A DNA stretch of 64,000 nucleotides from Antedon mediterranea (GCF_964355755.1 NC_092676.1:7913888-7977887), one strand, 5' to 3'; counted from the stretch's first letter, positions 39,232 through 52,990 are shown. Made by a program: numbers and translations. Notes: generated by a model from the letters alone, not told the origin.

Positions 39232-40426
39232 CTTACACTATTTGTAAAATTTAAAAAAAAAGCAATCTACATAAAATAATTAAAGATAAGAAAGTAGTTT
39301 TTAGAGGGTAATAATTATTTTAAAAATGTAAATATGAAAATAGGTTGCTTTCTTTCAGTGTTTATGTTAAAATACAGTATTATACAATCTAATGTTTACA
39401 ATCAACGGAAACAATACGTAACATACACCCCTCGGCTCGATACAATATAGCCATGCAGAACACTGTAAAGCATTCAAACATATCATAGCAATCCTCGTAC
39501 TAGCAAAGCATCCCATTGGTTGGCTACTCAGGACCCCGAATATTTACGAATAGAACCTCAAAAATAGGCCACCAAAACTAATGTGTTATTAAAAAAATTT
39601 GGATGGTAATTAGAGGTCTACTATAAATAACAAAATACAAGGAACACCATCACCTAAAGAACACCCACTATTATCAGACGCAGTACAGATATTTTTAATG
39701 AAAAAGGTTCCAAATTTGACTAACAACTTGGGAGAAAATACAAAAGAGCAAAAGAAGAGACTTAATTAATAAGAATGGGTAACCACCACCAAACAAAGTT
39801 ATCATTTGGAAACCTAATAAGATATACCCTCAATAAACATATAACTTGTAATCAGAACAATATAACAATGTGGGACACAATACTACAGTGTTACTAGACA
39901 ACAAGATGTACACTGCTAACTAAAGAAATGAAAACTAGCTATTGTGACTTGAGAACCCAAAACCTAATAAGGAAAGAGGGAAATATAATTAGAAAGAAAA
40001 TAAACTCGTAATATTCATCTCTGAGCAGTTGCCACTTTTTGACAACATAGAAACTAAGTTTAATTTAATATTAATTATTTAAATGTAATGATTAAATTGT
40101 TTACAATAAGACAAACTAAAACCGAGATGTTAGTATAAATCTAGATAAATTCAATTAAAGAAAAACTTGTGTTTTCATAAAAATCGTGTGTAAAAAGAAC
40201 AAATTTAGCCTTTTTGTAAAGCACAGTCTAGAGTGTGCACTCACTATATATCTATGATGGCACACAACAAACATGATTTTTAATAATTAAAGCAAGGATC
40301 ATGAGAAGAGCAAGTTGCTAAGAGGATCAGCAATAAGAGACCCAACAGCAAAAAGTAGAAGAGAGAACAGGTTGAGAGATTACAAGAGGAAAGGACACTT
40401 CAAATCATAAAATCCATCAAAGTTAC

Positions 40427-40549
40427 ATATTCGGCTACGACTGCTTGCCGTGCTGCATGCATATCTGTGTTTTTGTGGAAATGCCTCGCCGACGTGTTCC
40501 TCCTCTAAAATGTCCTCAAAATCCTCCAAGTATTCAACACCCTCAAAAA
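40427..40549 (-). CDS. MAP7-family cassette-type exon
   Basis: aacag|.FEGVEYLEDFEDILEEEHVGEAFPQKHRYACSTASSRSRI.|gtaac; 123 nt, phase 1/1, no stops. Confidence 0.65.
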
Positions 40550-42995
40550 CTGTTAATTACAGGGTGAAACTTTTCAGTCAAAGAAATTATTACAATTGGA
40601 GTGTAATAGAATTTTAGTGTTCTTTCCAGAATTACTAAAGATGTGTATTTGTTTACCTAAGATATTTAAATATATTGTTAATATTAAATCATACTTTAAA
40701 AGTCTAAAATAAGAAAACTGAAGAATTAAATAGTGGTGACATATAAATATTAAATTACCCATTGTTATGTTTTAGAATTTAAAATAGATTTAGTATAGTG
40801 ACTTATATTTGACTTCTAATCTTTTGTTATTCTTCTTTGAAAAAAAAAGTTAGTAGGGCATTATTTTTAAATTGATTGCAGCAACTAATAATATTTTTGT
40901 TTTTATGTATCACAAAATAAATCTATCGAACTAAGCTAATTGAGACATTTAAAAAAAATGGATTTATTGTTAGGAGATTAAATGACAGCATCAATTAAAA
41001 AACGGAGCGATTATTAGTTTCTATAAATCATTTTAAAATGGGAAAATTCTGCTTTGCTTTCTGATGGTATGATTATGAGCAATACAAAACTGACACAATC
41101 ACAATCTGAATGTATACGTTCAAACGTAAAAAAAGCAATCAAAAAGGTTAGGTAGCAACATAAAATGAATCTAAATAAAATAAACAAAGATATCAAATAT
41201 ATATCAAACATCAATGTATATACATATTGGTTAAATATACATGCTATATAATATATATTTCAAAACAATATTATTAAATGTTATATATAGAGAAATAAAA
41301 CATTAAATTAAGCGGTAGACTTACAGTTAAGCTGATCAAACTATCAATTTTTTATACTAAAGTAATAAGCGTATTGATTTTTATATTATAAACACTGTGT
41401 TAATAACTAAAATCAAATAATAATACCCTACGCTATGTGGGATGATATTAACAATGATGATAACAATTGACAATGATGTTGATAATAATAATGATTATGA
41501 TGAATGCAATGATGATGATAATGATGAATGTCATGATATTGCAAATGAGGACAATAATGATGATATTGAAGATGATGACGATGCTGATGATGAAAGCAAG
41601 GATGATGGTGAAAATTCTATTTTAACTAAAAATTAATTCTACTATAAATCAATATCCTATCGATATTTGGCTAGCTTATAAAAACAATTTTTCCTAAAAA
41701 AAAAATACTTTTATAAATTTGGCAAACCCAATGTGTTGACTGACGTACTATAACAGCTGAAATGCATATTGCAAGTCTAGAGGGAACCCTATTATAAATA
41801 ATAGCATTAACTAAACTAAATATCTAACTATTTAGGATTTGTAACAAAATACACTAGTTTAAACAGTGAATTGAAAATCCCAAGACTTAAACTAATCTCA
41901 TTTTACTAGAAATAAGGCAGTAATTCTAAAATTGCGCTAGCTGTCCTTTTTAGATTCTGCACCGCCACTACTTAACATGAGAGAATAAAAATATATAAAA
42001 CAATAACAGAAAGATGTAGCAACATAAATAAAGGATGGATGAGAATGGTACGAAGCAAATTGTTTGAAGATCTTTGCAAAATAATAATATTGAAGATAAA
42101 AATTGAAAATAAAAAGATATAACGGAATAGTGAAAAGCAAAAGAAAATAGAATTTGAAATGATAATTTAAAGCAGAACTTAGGATGAACCTTGAACGTGT
42201 GGAGGGAGTTCGATTAAGGCTGCTAGGGTACTTCGCACCCAAGTTGTATTTACTAAAAGTAGAGAAAAATCAAGTATAAAAATAATAGTGACATTTCGAA
42301 CAAAAATAAGATGGAATAGATGAGTTTGGTAAGAATTAACTAAGAACAAATTATAAAAAAGGGTCCTTTTTTTATTCTAGGAAAGGCTAGGCTAAACCTG
42401 ATAGAGATAGGTATAGTCTTCCACTATCTACTAAAATAATCTATTAAAGCAAAGAAAAAAAAATAAATAAAAACTTATGCTAAACATGGGGAACAGACTT
42501 TAACAATTATGATTATAAACTATGTCTTTACTGCAATATGTTACTTACGGTAAACTCTAAACTGAACAAAAATAAATATTTTTTAAATTTTAAAATAATA
42601 TTTTCTAAAAAATAAAAACTATAAATAAATAATTTAAGTTATTTTTACACAAGCTTTATAATGCCAAAAGCAATGCTTGAAAGCTAGCAACTTTAAAAGC
42701 AAATACTGTAAATGTAAATATACCTATTCAAGCTAAATTTTGTGAGCTAACCCTTTGAGGTCAAAGGTTAAAATCACCTGGGTAAGAGTAAACTATCACA
42801 GGTCATAGGATATATGCTTTAATGTTGTTTGTAGTACTGGTGCCCAACCAAACAATTTAAACTTTTATAACGTTATGACCTCAAAGGATTATTAAATCTA
42901 TTATACTTAAACCTAACAATCTTATTTACAAGGTTCTAAAAAGAATAGTATTATTAAAGCACTACTTTATGGATGTTAGTTTAGTTAACGCTTAC

Positions 42996-43365
42996 ATGCA
43001 AGATTAGGGGATGACGAGTGATGGCGAGGGGTGTACGTGCTATTGGAATCATCAATGCCTGGTGAAGGGCTCCTTAGTTCCTTTGGTCGTGGTGTGTGTA
43101 CTTCAAACCAGTCGTTTTCGTTAGGTCCAAGTCGTACAAGCTGCACAGGATTCCATAGTGTTGAAACGGAAGAAGATAGTCTTTTGTTGACACCCCCACC
43201 GGCTGGTACAACCTCTGGTGTGTCGTTTAATCGTTCCATACTGCGACCTCTAGGTGGCGCACTCACAGGAACCTCTTTAGTCGGGTCCCACGATCGCCTT
43301 TTCTCACGGCTACCTGCACTCTGCGATCGTTCTATTGACCGACGTACTATAGATTCCCGATGAAC
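42996..43365 (-). CDS. MAP7: MAP7-family exon (end of N-terminal microtubule-binding helix)
   Basis: ttag|VHRESIVRRSIERSQSAGSREKRRSWD...KRLSSSVSTLWN...|gtaagc; matches MAP7 motifs HEAVVRRTMERSQ...RWSW and KRLSSSSATL.N. Confidence 0.88.
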
Positions 43366-44248
43366 CTAAGATAAAAAACAATTAGTTTTCACGATTATCA
43401 ATGGTTTAATATTTTGAATGAGCTTCAAAATAACTTATAATTTTAAACGAAGCAGAACAAAATACAAACAATTGACCAGGTTAGTGATAGTTCAGAATGA
43501 GTCACCTACTGCTAGCAATAATAGACAATGCATCAGTTATGATTCACTCTCCCTGTCTGGTTTTATATCTTTTAGTTTATATTAGTGAGTTTAACATGTA
43601 TCTAGTACAGTTAATGCAGTTATTAAATCAAGTAGAAATCCTCCTTTGGAACACCCTATTAAGAGAACAATGAACAAGGGGCAATGTATGTTTTAACACT
43701 AATGCCCTTTTCACACCTTAAAAAAAAAAACTACTTATAACACGTTTTAACCAGGTTTGCAAAGACACTCTCAAGATTTCACAAGGGACTCCTGTGAAAT
43801 TTTGGAAGAAAACACTTGTTCCAAGATGTTACTGCGTGTGCGTGTCTTGCCCTTGTATTAAACTGACCAATCATAGTAATCAAATAGCGCACAACTATGC
43901 TTTCTCCCGAGATTTCTTACGGTTTGCATGCGCTTATGGAAACGTGTAATAAATTGAGAGATCAAACCTGGTTACCACTTGCGAAGACGTGAAAAGGGTA
44001 TGAGGCAATTAAGGAGAGACTTTGTCGTGTCTCAAAGGTGCATCATTGCTATTAATCAGGAGATTTTACTGTGAAGTATCCATATCACTCACACAGGTGG
44101 TGAAACAGAACAAAAACCATAATGGACAAAATCATTTTTTTAAATATTTTTTTATACTGTATGTTTCATTAATATTTGACTCATTATTGCGTGCCTTTTA
44201 GACACATTTCAATGATCAAAACTAGCAAGACCACCAACTACAAAATAC

Positions 44249-44412
44249 CTTCTTTTCTTCCTCCTGTTTCTTTCTACGTTCTTCAACGGCTTGTCGTTTC
44301 TGTTCCTTAGTTTGTTTTTGTTGGTCTATCGCCTGCTTTTGTAGTTGTAATTGCTTGTTTCTATATTTCTGTTGACGAACAGATTTGTCCTTTAATTTCG
44401 AGGCATCTATAA
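44249..44412 (-). CDS. MAP7: MAP7-family exon (N-terminal coiled coil)
   Basis: .IDASKLKDKSVRQQKY...EQKRQAVEERRKKQEEEKK|gtattt; matches the motif AVEEKRRQ; phase 1/0. Confidence 0.85.
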
Positions 44413-44527
44413 CTGTAAAATAAATAAACAGATTTGTCCTTTAATTTCGAGGCATCTATAACTGTAAAATAAATAAACAGATTTGTCCTTTAATTTCGAG
44501 GCATCTATAACTGTAAAATAAATAAAC
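44378..44527. repeat. 49-bp x3 perfect tandem repeat spanning the exon's 3' splice site
   Basis: Unit acagatttgtcctttaatttcgaggcatctataactgtaaaataaataa; minus-strand acceptor AG at 44413-14, 44462-63 and 44511-12. Confidence 0.95.
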
Positions 44528-46837
44528 TTATTTTTAACATAGAATTACCTATACTTAAGATACAGTTTATAATGGAATGTATTTACAAAAAATTTAAAAA
44601 AAGTCTTCTTGGATAAAAGGACTATAAACCGTAGGTCCAGTGTACACATCTGGCTCATGTGCATTTTAAAGAACCCAGTACATCTTTCGAGACGAGTATG
44701 GGGTTACCCCGGTGTACTACTAGTATACACACAGGCACTGTAACACACAACCACTGTCACACTCATCAAGAGGGCCCCTTGATTGTCAGCATACGCTGTT
44801 TAGGGTCACACTATAAATAAGGTGAAATAAATAATAACGATTAGATAACGCAATATCTAAGGAAATGAACCCTTTCTTCAAAAAGTGAAGGTGCAGCCAC
44901 AAGCTATGCTTCTTGAATCTTTCAATATTAAATCCAGATTTTACATGAATTTTTAAGGCAAATAGCAAAAACTCTGTGCACCTATATAAGACAATGGTAA
45001 CAATCTTTAATAGTTTTCTATGTCATAGATCTATTATATCAAAATTAGTTTACTATATTTACAAAATATGATATTATTAATAAATCAAGGCTATACTGTA
45101 CATCAGGACACATCAACCTCCATCATACTGTACGTTTTTGTTTTATTTTCCCTCAGGATATTTTGATAAAAAATGTTGAAACATACATTAACAGATGAAA
45201 TAGATATGTGTGGAAAGCTGTTCATGTGTGTCATCACAGGCACTCTACTACTATCTAACGCTTTTCCTGTTGAAATATTGATGGTACCCAATTATCACAT
45301 CGCACCTATCTATTTCTCACCTTTCTGTCCCATCCTACATTTGAATATTATTAGTATGATCACTCTAACTTCCTGTTCTCCATCAGGTATAAACCACACC
45401 TACTTATCAAATTTCTCAACAGTTCCATATGACTGGATTTGAAGAGGGATAGATAATTGCGATGTACAGAGTAATCCTTATTTAGCTAGGTAGGTAGGCA
45501 ATCACCAAGTTGGCATATAGTAGAACCTCTCATTTCAAACACCCCTATTAACATAAGGGGGGGGGGGGGAATTTCCCTTGAAACGAACAAGGGAAATGCC
45601 AACACACTAAGGCTTACCTCCCTATTCAGCTGGGGCACTATATAATATAAAGGGGACAATTTTCACTGAAAAGAAGGAAAGGGTGTTTTCTAAGGCCAGC
45701 CTCTATTAAGGGGACAACAATACAAACAAGAGAAAAAAATGTTTAACACTACTAAAGAAAATCTATTGAGGGAACGCTTGTTAGTTTCCTAAGGTGTCCC
45801 TTTAATAGCGGTTCTACTGTATCATGAAATAGTTTAGAATTAAATTCAAATTTATTCCTTACATCAATCAATTTTATTTCAAAATAATATTGTCTATTGA
45901 ATGAAAATTAAGTATTTTTTTTAAATACATCAGAAACTAAACTACAAAGAAATGAATCTCATAACCTAATTCTTAATCTAAAAATAAAATTCTGAAATAG
46001 TACATTAATGAAAAATAGTATCATCTAAAAAAATATCTTCAAAAGTAATTTAATTGCAAACTGATCGAGGATTTACATTTGACAAAATCAGGGCGTTTCT
46101 CTTGTAGTAAGTATACTGCTTTCAAATCTAATGAAAAACAGATCAAGGAATTGAGTTTTTTTTTTCAATCTGGGCGTTTCTCAATCATAGCGTTATTCTT
46201 TGATTACTACACAAAAATATAGTAATGGATTTAAGCAATTTTTCCCTACGCTAAATTGAGTCCCAGTCACAGTTTTTTACAGTAACTTCTTGCTTTTGAT
46301 TTTTTTATGCAAAAAAACTGATTGAAAGTAATACTGTACAACTTTCATGGAAAAAAAAAAAAGGGGAAAAACGAACATTTGTCGCAATTATCACGGGTCA
46401 AATGTGATCATGTGATAAAGCGATTTTCTTAAACTGTTCTCTCAAGACACACTTCAAACTATTAACACACACAACATTTCCGTCAAAACATATATTTTTT
46501 TTTCAAGATTCGTTGAAAATCTTATCTGACATACAATCCGATTTACTTTTCCCAAGTTAGAGGCAATGTGATTTAAAGATTTAATGACTTAATAGAAAGA
46601 AGATTGTTACTAAAGATTTCTAATAATATACTCAGAAATAAAAAAAAATGAAATAAAAAAACAATTTTGAATAGAGTACATAATTTTATGATCATGTCAA
46701 AATTGTTCTCATGCAATTACTGCAGTAAACTACATTTTTTTTAGTGTGTTTCTATGTACTGTAGAAGCTTAAAGGCAGTCGAAATTACCCATAAAGGTTT
46801 TTAATAATATTGCCTAAACTAGTTAATTTAGAGTATA

Positions 46838-46990
46838 CAAATTACTGCAGTTGTTGGTCCCTTATAAAATTACTGCAGTTGTTGGTACCTTATAAAATTA
46901 CTGCAGTTGTTGATACTGTACCTTATAAAATTACTGCAGTTGTTGGTCCCTTACAAATTATGGCAGTTGTTGGTCCCTTATAGAATTACT
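46838..46990. repeat. ~29-bp minisatellite, 5 copies
   Basis: Unit aaattactgcagttgttggtcccttata. Confidence 0.9.
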
Positions 46991-47703
46991 TTTTATTATA
47001 CAGTAGATAGATTTATAATCATTTAGCCAAACAAGAATATAACATTTAATTTATTTACAAAATTATCAAATATTATACCTATTTGATTGAACATGCTTGT
47101 GGACAAATGCATAAGATTTTTGTTTACTGTAAATCTAGGTCGCTAGATTCATGTAAACTGATTTTGATGGAAAGGTCACAGGGTCAAATAGCCAGTTTGT
47201 AGGAATTATTAATCAATTTAATAGTGGTATTTGAGGTTTGATGTGAGGCAATACAGAGGGCATGATTCACAACCATTCATGTGTATTCCAGGAACACCAA
47301 TTTACTATCAATGGAAGTACATCTAAATTTAATTAGTAAAATAGAAAAAAAGGCTATTTGTAGGTTCTGACTTTAAACAAAATAAATTTAATTAATAAAA
47401 TAGAAAAAAAAAGTTAATACCACTTTTTAAACTAAACTATTTTTTTCCCTGACTTTAAAAATAAAGGATTTAATTTTATTGTTCATTACGCAAAACATCA
47501 CTATTTATAGAAAACATTGTTGAGGAAAAACATTTTATGATTTTATTACGATAGTCCTACCAAGCGACAAACAATTAGGAAAAATAAAATATTACTAATA
47601 ATATTTTTAGCAGTGCAAAATAACTATGTTGCTCAAGTTATAAAAGTAAAAGGCTGCAGATTTATACTATACTATCATTAGTATTATGTCAATTTTAATA
47701 AAC

Positions 47704-49926
47704 CAGGGCATCACGTATGCAAAACCCAGGAGAGCAACAAATCGCTCTCCTCAAATCACCGAGGAGAGCAATTCGCTCTCCTTGCAAAAATTTTAAATCG
47801 CTCTCCTCAAATATTTATGTTGAAGTTGAAGGATGGTCGCCCTTATTAAAAATGGCTGGCCCTTATTAATTTTTTGTACACATTTTTTTGCCCGACAGGG
47901 GATAACCCCCCCCCCCCCCCCCGGGCACAACAAATGTATACTGTACCTCTCCCCTAAAATCCCCCACACCCACCTTTACACACAATATTTGGCGCTAGTT
48001 CCGTTTCGCACCTGTCGTTTATTTCGACTCAAAATTGGTTAAGTAACTTTATCGTGAGTACCACACCTTAGAATGAGGCCTCAAAAATACTTTTACGAAG
48101 GAGATCACACAAAAAGTAAAAAACAAATCCTTTAAATTGATGAATTTACAGACGTCTTTCTCGAACATCGGTTCGTGAATTTCGCATACTCCATGTTCAA
48201 TGTTGTTGTTTTTATGGAGCGCCAACAGAGCAATCATAATAGAGGGCTAAAAACTCAGTAAATTGCGTATATTTAATGCATTTATTGGTGAAAATTACGT
48301 TCAATTTTATCATATTTTGTCAATGTCAATGCAACAAAAATATTACTGTTGATACTGTACATGGTTTTTGCAGGAACTTTTAGGAATGAAAATCGACAAA
48401 TTCATCATCATATTACATGTACTGTAGGGGTATATCTGATCTAAATAATATTCCTGTTAGTCTTAGTCTTACTCTTAGGCCTAGCTAGGGGTGGTTGCTA
48501 TTTGAAAACAGCAAATTATTAGCAGTAAAATGTTACAGCATTTTATTGACAAAATATATTAAAATTAAACGTGTATTTCAATAAAAAATGCATTAAAAGA
48601 AGACGCATTCCACTGAGATTTTAACCATCTATTGTTGTTGCTCTTTTGGCGCTCCATAGAAACGAAAATATTGAACTTCGAGTATGCTAAATTCGCGAAC
48701 GGTATGCGCGAGAAACATGTCTGTAAAATCATCAATTTAAGGTTTTATTTGTTACTTTTTATGTGATTCTTCTTCATAAAAGTACTTATAAGGCCCAATT
48801 TTAAGGTGTAGTATTCACAATAAGCTGCTTAACAATTTGGAGTCAAAAAGAAGTCGAAATAAAAACAGGTGCGAAACGGAACTAGCGCCCAATATTTTCC
48901 GTGGGGATCGTATTATTCTACAGTACAAAAAACTCAAGCCAATTTTTTTTTTATGGCCTGCCTGGGTAGATTGGGTTTCAGGAGCCTGGAGAATCCTGTC
49001 CTGGCCAACTATATCATATGCCTAGGCTTTAGCCTAGCTTGTTGGCCTAGAAATCAGACAGAAAACCTGAAAAGTATTTACCTGCAATTCATAAATTATA
49101 CAATTCTAACATGCAACAGGCATTAAAATATTGATAATAAGTTACAAAGTGTCATTTTAAAATAATTAAGAAAGATATTTGATCGTGTTTACATGTGTCA
49201 CACATGGGCGCACGCACAATAGGGGAGGGCTGAGAGAGCTTCTAGAAGATGCTGACGTCACACATCAGCACGTGTTTTGAGGAGGATTTGAGTGACCAAA
49301 ATTGGTTAGAACTTTCGAAGAAATAATCCATCTTCAAAATGACTTAATTAAAGCAACCAGCAGCTAAGCTTTTTTAAATAATAAACATTATATTTAGGCC
49401 TCCTATATTAATGTTTCCTTTTAAAATTAAATATATTTTATTAACTCGTTCCATAAAAACATAAAGGGAAAAATTATTGGTTGGGACTTGATCTTCCTGT
49501 AAAGGAGGTGTTTCTATGACACCGTACTGGTTGCACTATGAGGCGATGAAGTAAACTCGCCCTTGAATGCGCGCAGGCAGGGGAATCCCCTTTGTTGGTA
49601 CCTCGCACTGTGAGATGGAGCGCGATGAATTGCTCTCCTTTTCGAAGGTTGTTGATTGCGATCGCGCTCGCGATCCTTAAAAACGAGGGACTGCCATTAG
49701 GCTTGTAGCTTTATAACTTAGCTTATATATTATTAGCCTAGGCCTAGATTGGTTTTAACTTTTAAAAATCCACGTGTTTTTAGGCCTCTTGACAGAAAAG
49801 TCAACACTGTCAAAATCTAGGCTCTATTTTGAAAATTAAGGAGCGCGATAAATTGCTCTCCTCGAAGCCTGTTGAGGAGCGCGGAGGAGCGCGGTCGCGC
49901 AGGCGCTCCTTATAAATGATGCCCTG
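47704..49926. mobile_element. hAT-like non-autonomous element
   Basis: TIR cagggcatca / tgatgccctg; subterminal gctctcc/ggagcgc repeats at both ends; ataaac on both flanks (only 6 bp of duplication visible). Confidence 0.7.
47991..48889. mobile_element. Foldback-type element with ~350-bp diverged arms, nested
   Basis: ggcgctagttccgtttcgcacctgt ... acaggtgcgaaacggaactagcgcc; perfect 8-bp TSD caatattt (47983-47990 / 48890-48897); arm homology continues inward (tatggagcgccaa / ttggcgctccata). Confidence 0.85.
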
Positions 49927-51057
49927 ATAAACAGAAAATTAATGACAACTTGTTATAAATTGACAATTCTCTATTGTAAGGTGATAAATTACCGACATTA
50001 CCTACACAAAGCTATGAATTATAAGTACCAATCTCAAATCTCTTTTAAACAACCAAACAATACAACGAAAAAATTTTAAGATACTTTAATAGTCAAAGTA
50101 TTAATTTGGTTTCATTAACTTGTCCATTTATCTTTATAATAATTTGGAATTTGACATGTCGATACTAAAATAAACAGTTGGAAATAGCTTTATCATGATG
50201 ATGATGCATTTGCACTAATTTGAGGTGGGGCAAAACATTCTAAATTGTCTGATAAGTCTATACAGTAGATACAACATTTAGTAACTAGCCAACAAGCCTT
50301 AGTACAGTGCCATATCCAGGAAAATAAAGTGGTGAGGTGGTCGCAAAAAAGGGAATAATTCCCTTTCCAGCCCATGCAGTTCATAGTTCATTTAATCTGT
50401 CCATACGGATTCATGTGACATACAATTTCTCAAAGTTAAAAGGTTAATACAATAAAATTACATAGCAACAAAATTCAACGACATAACAACGGTTATTAAA
50501 ATGTCTAATTGAGTACGGAATAAAATAATTAAGAAAGCGTTTTGTTCTACAACGTGTAGCCCTCAAACACCTTCCAGTTGTCAACATTTCTGTTAAAAAG
50601 TGGTCAGGTTGAAACCTTACCAACCGTTCTGGTAGCTATTAAAGGCCCTGTAGTAATTGTTACCTCCTATGGCACAGTAGCTTCACCAACTAGCTTCTTT
50701 AATCAAATTTTTCACATCACTTCAATAGTAGCCTCACCAACAATCCTCATATAATATATATTCATTCTAAAAACATCACACCACCCACCCTAGATCCACA
50801 TAATTATTACTACAATGATGAATTACAACACACTCGATACATAAGCTTCCAACATTTTACATCATTATTTTGTCGTCATGCTCCACATCATTAATTTTAC
50901 ATACATACTTGCTAATGTATGTACTACACAAGTATTCACACAGCTCATATTATTAACAGCTCTAGTGATTCCTAGCATCAGCCAACACAACCTTAAACAT
51001 CAACCAATGACTGTTCATATTCTGCTACCAACATAAAAGAGTATTTTTTCCTGTAAT

Positions 51058-51206
51058 TCTCTGTCTTCACTATCAAACTAGTTTGACAAAAAAAGTGTGA
51101 TGCACCCAAATATGGTAGTGATATGCCCAAATATGGTTGTGATATAACATCATGTCCATGGGCACATTACATTTTTTTTGTCCCATAAAGTTTGATTGTG
51201 TAGACT
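51058..51206. mobile_element. Small Harbinger-type MITE (other copies at ~36345-36435, ~56980-57100, ~58617-58772)
   Basis: ctctgtct(a)cactatcaaact...cccaaatatggtagtgatatg...agtttgat(a/t)gtgtagacagagc. Confidence 0.7.
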
Positions 51207-51744
51207 GACAAAACTGACTACTGAAGCCATCTACTGTACTCATTGAGGCTGAAAGATGGCGGGAAGGGGAGGGATGTTTAGGGAGTTTTATATACATTTT
51301 TTTGTTAAATATAGGTTGGTTATCTGATAAACCTGGCCATAGCATGGCGGTGTATAAGTAGTAGTAGCATTATGGGAGTATGTTTGCAGACGCATTTGAT
51401 CCAAACATGACCGGGATAATAATATGGCCTTGTGCATTAAGCACTAAAAGAACGACGTATTATTATTACAAGAACCTGGGGTTAAAAATTCAAGTTTCAA
51501 GTTTAGTGTTTCACAGAATATAATATAAGAAAATATACAGATGATTTGCTAAATTAATAAATATAATTGTGTGAAGAGGATGCATTAAGCCAAGGCTTTA
51601 AGTTTGGTCCTCCAAATAAAAGATATATCCAATCTGCAGTATATATAAATAATATGATTATTTAATTTAAGTGAGAGAGAAAAAAAACACACTTCACAAT
51701 TATTATATACACAAAAAACAAAGTAGATTTATTAGGGGTGGGGG

Positions 51745-52165
51745 GGATGGGGTATCTGGATTTCACAGACACCACCCCCTGGATCCGTTGTAAGGGATGG
51801 GGTTAGGTAATACTTACCAGGTAGGGATGAGGTGTCTGGATTACATGGACAGCACCCCCCCCCCCCCTCCCCCGGATCCATTGTAAGGGATGGGGTTAGG
51901 TAATACTTACCAGGTAGGGATGAGGTGTCTGGATTCCACAGACAGCACCCCCCCCCCCTCCCCGGATCCATTGTAAGGGATGGGGTTAGGTAATACCTAC
52001 CAGGTAGGGATGAGGTGTCTGGATTTCACAGACACCACCCCCCGGATCCATTGTAAGGGATGGGGTTAGGTAATACCTACCAGGTAGGGATGAGGTGTCT
52101 GGATTTCACAGACACCACCCCCCGGATCCATTGTAAAGGATGGGGTTAGGTAATACCTACCAGGT
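51745..52165. repeat. 80-93-bp G-rich minisatellite (~5 units), each unit carrying the exon's 5' splice site
   Basis: Minus-strand CCTG|GTAGGT or CCTG|GTAAGT with intron starts at 52160, 52080, 52000, 51910 and 51817. Confidence 0.93.
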
Positions 52166-52235
52166 CGTCTATGCTTTGCTTGATTGTCACTGTCAGTGGT
52201 TTTGTCTTTATCTTCTTCTTTTTTGTCGTCAGTAT
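52161..52235 (-). CDS. Most upstream identifiable exon of the MAP7-family gene
   Basis: ttttccttttccag|.TDDKKEEDKDKTTDSDNQAKHRRP.|gtaggt; 75 nt, phase 1/1, compatible with exon 44249-44412. Confidence 0.7.
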
Positions 52236-52527
52236 CTGGAAAAGGAAAACGAAAGAGCACTGTAAAAAAAGGTCTTTTTGGACAGTGAACATGTTCATAT
52301 AGTGACATGTAAATTACATCATACTGTACTAGGTTTCATTAGGTATTATAAAAACACAATGATTACTGTACATACACAATGAGTTTAAAAATTAAAAAAC
52401 ACATCATCAGCTTAATACAAAAAGCAATTTATGATAATTACTATAAAAATTCTTATTTAAATAGATACTGTACCAACTTTTTGGAATTCAAATATCTCGC
52501 CAATATCTAGGCATCGTTAACAACAAA

Positions 52528-52990
52528 TGGCCAGGCTTCCCAAATATAGGACCAGGCTTCCCAAATATAGGACCAGGCTTCCCAAATATAGGACTAGGCT
52601 TCCCAAATATAGGACAAGGCATCCCAAACATAGGACCAGGCTTCCTAAATATAGGACCAGGCTTCCTAAATATATGACCAGGCTTACTAAATATAGGACC
52701 AGGATTTCCAAATATAGGACCAGGCTTCCTAAATATAGGACCAGGCTTACTAAATATAGGACCAGGCTTCCCAAATATAAGATCAGTCAGGCTTTCCAAA
52801 TATGGGACAGGCTTCCTAAATATAGGCCCAGGCTTCCTAAATATAGGACCAGGCTTCCTAAATATAGGACCAGGCTTCCAAAATATAGGACCAGGCTTCC
52901 CAAATATAGGACCAGGCTTCCCAAATATAGGACCAGGCTTCCAAAACATAGGACCAGGCTTCCCAAATATAGGAACAGGCTTCTCCAATA
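52528..52990. repeat. 21-bp minisatellite, ~22 copies
   Basis: Unit ggaccaggcttcccaaatata. Confidence 0.95.

Noticed and set aside
41442-41636. Asp-rich ORF
   Set aside because: Degenerate (GAT)n microsatellite, antisense within an intron, with no splice support.
42190-42252. Possible extra MAP7 exon (acceptor ctacttttag)
   Set aside because: Weak donor (gttcat) and ambiguous frame; not supportable without RNA data.
21030-52165. Functional link between mago nashi (EJC/NMD) and the splice-site repeats of the neighbouring gene
   Set aside because: Adjacency only; the EJC acts in trans and nothing in the sequence ties the two.
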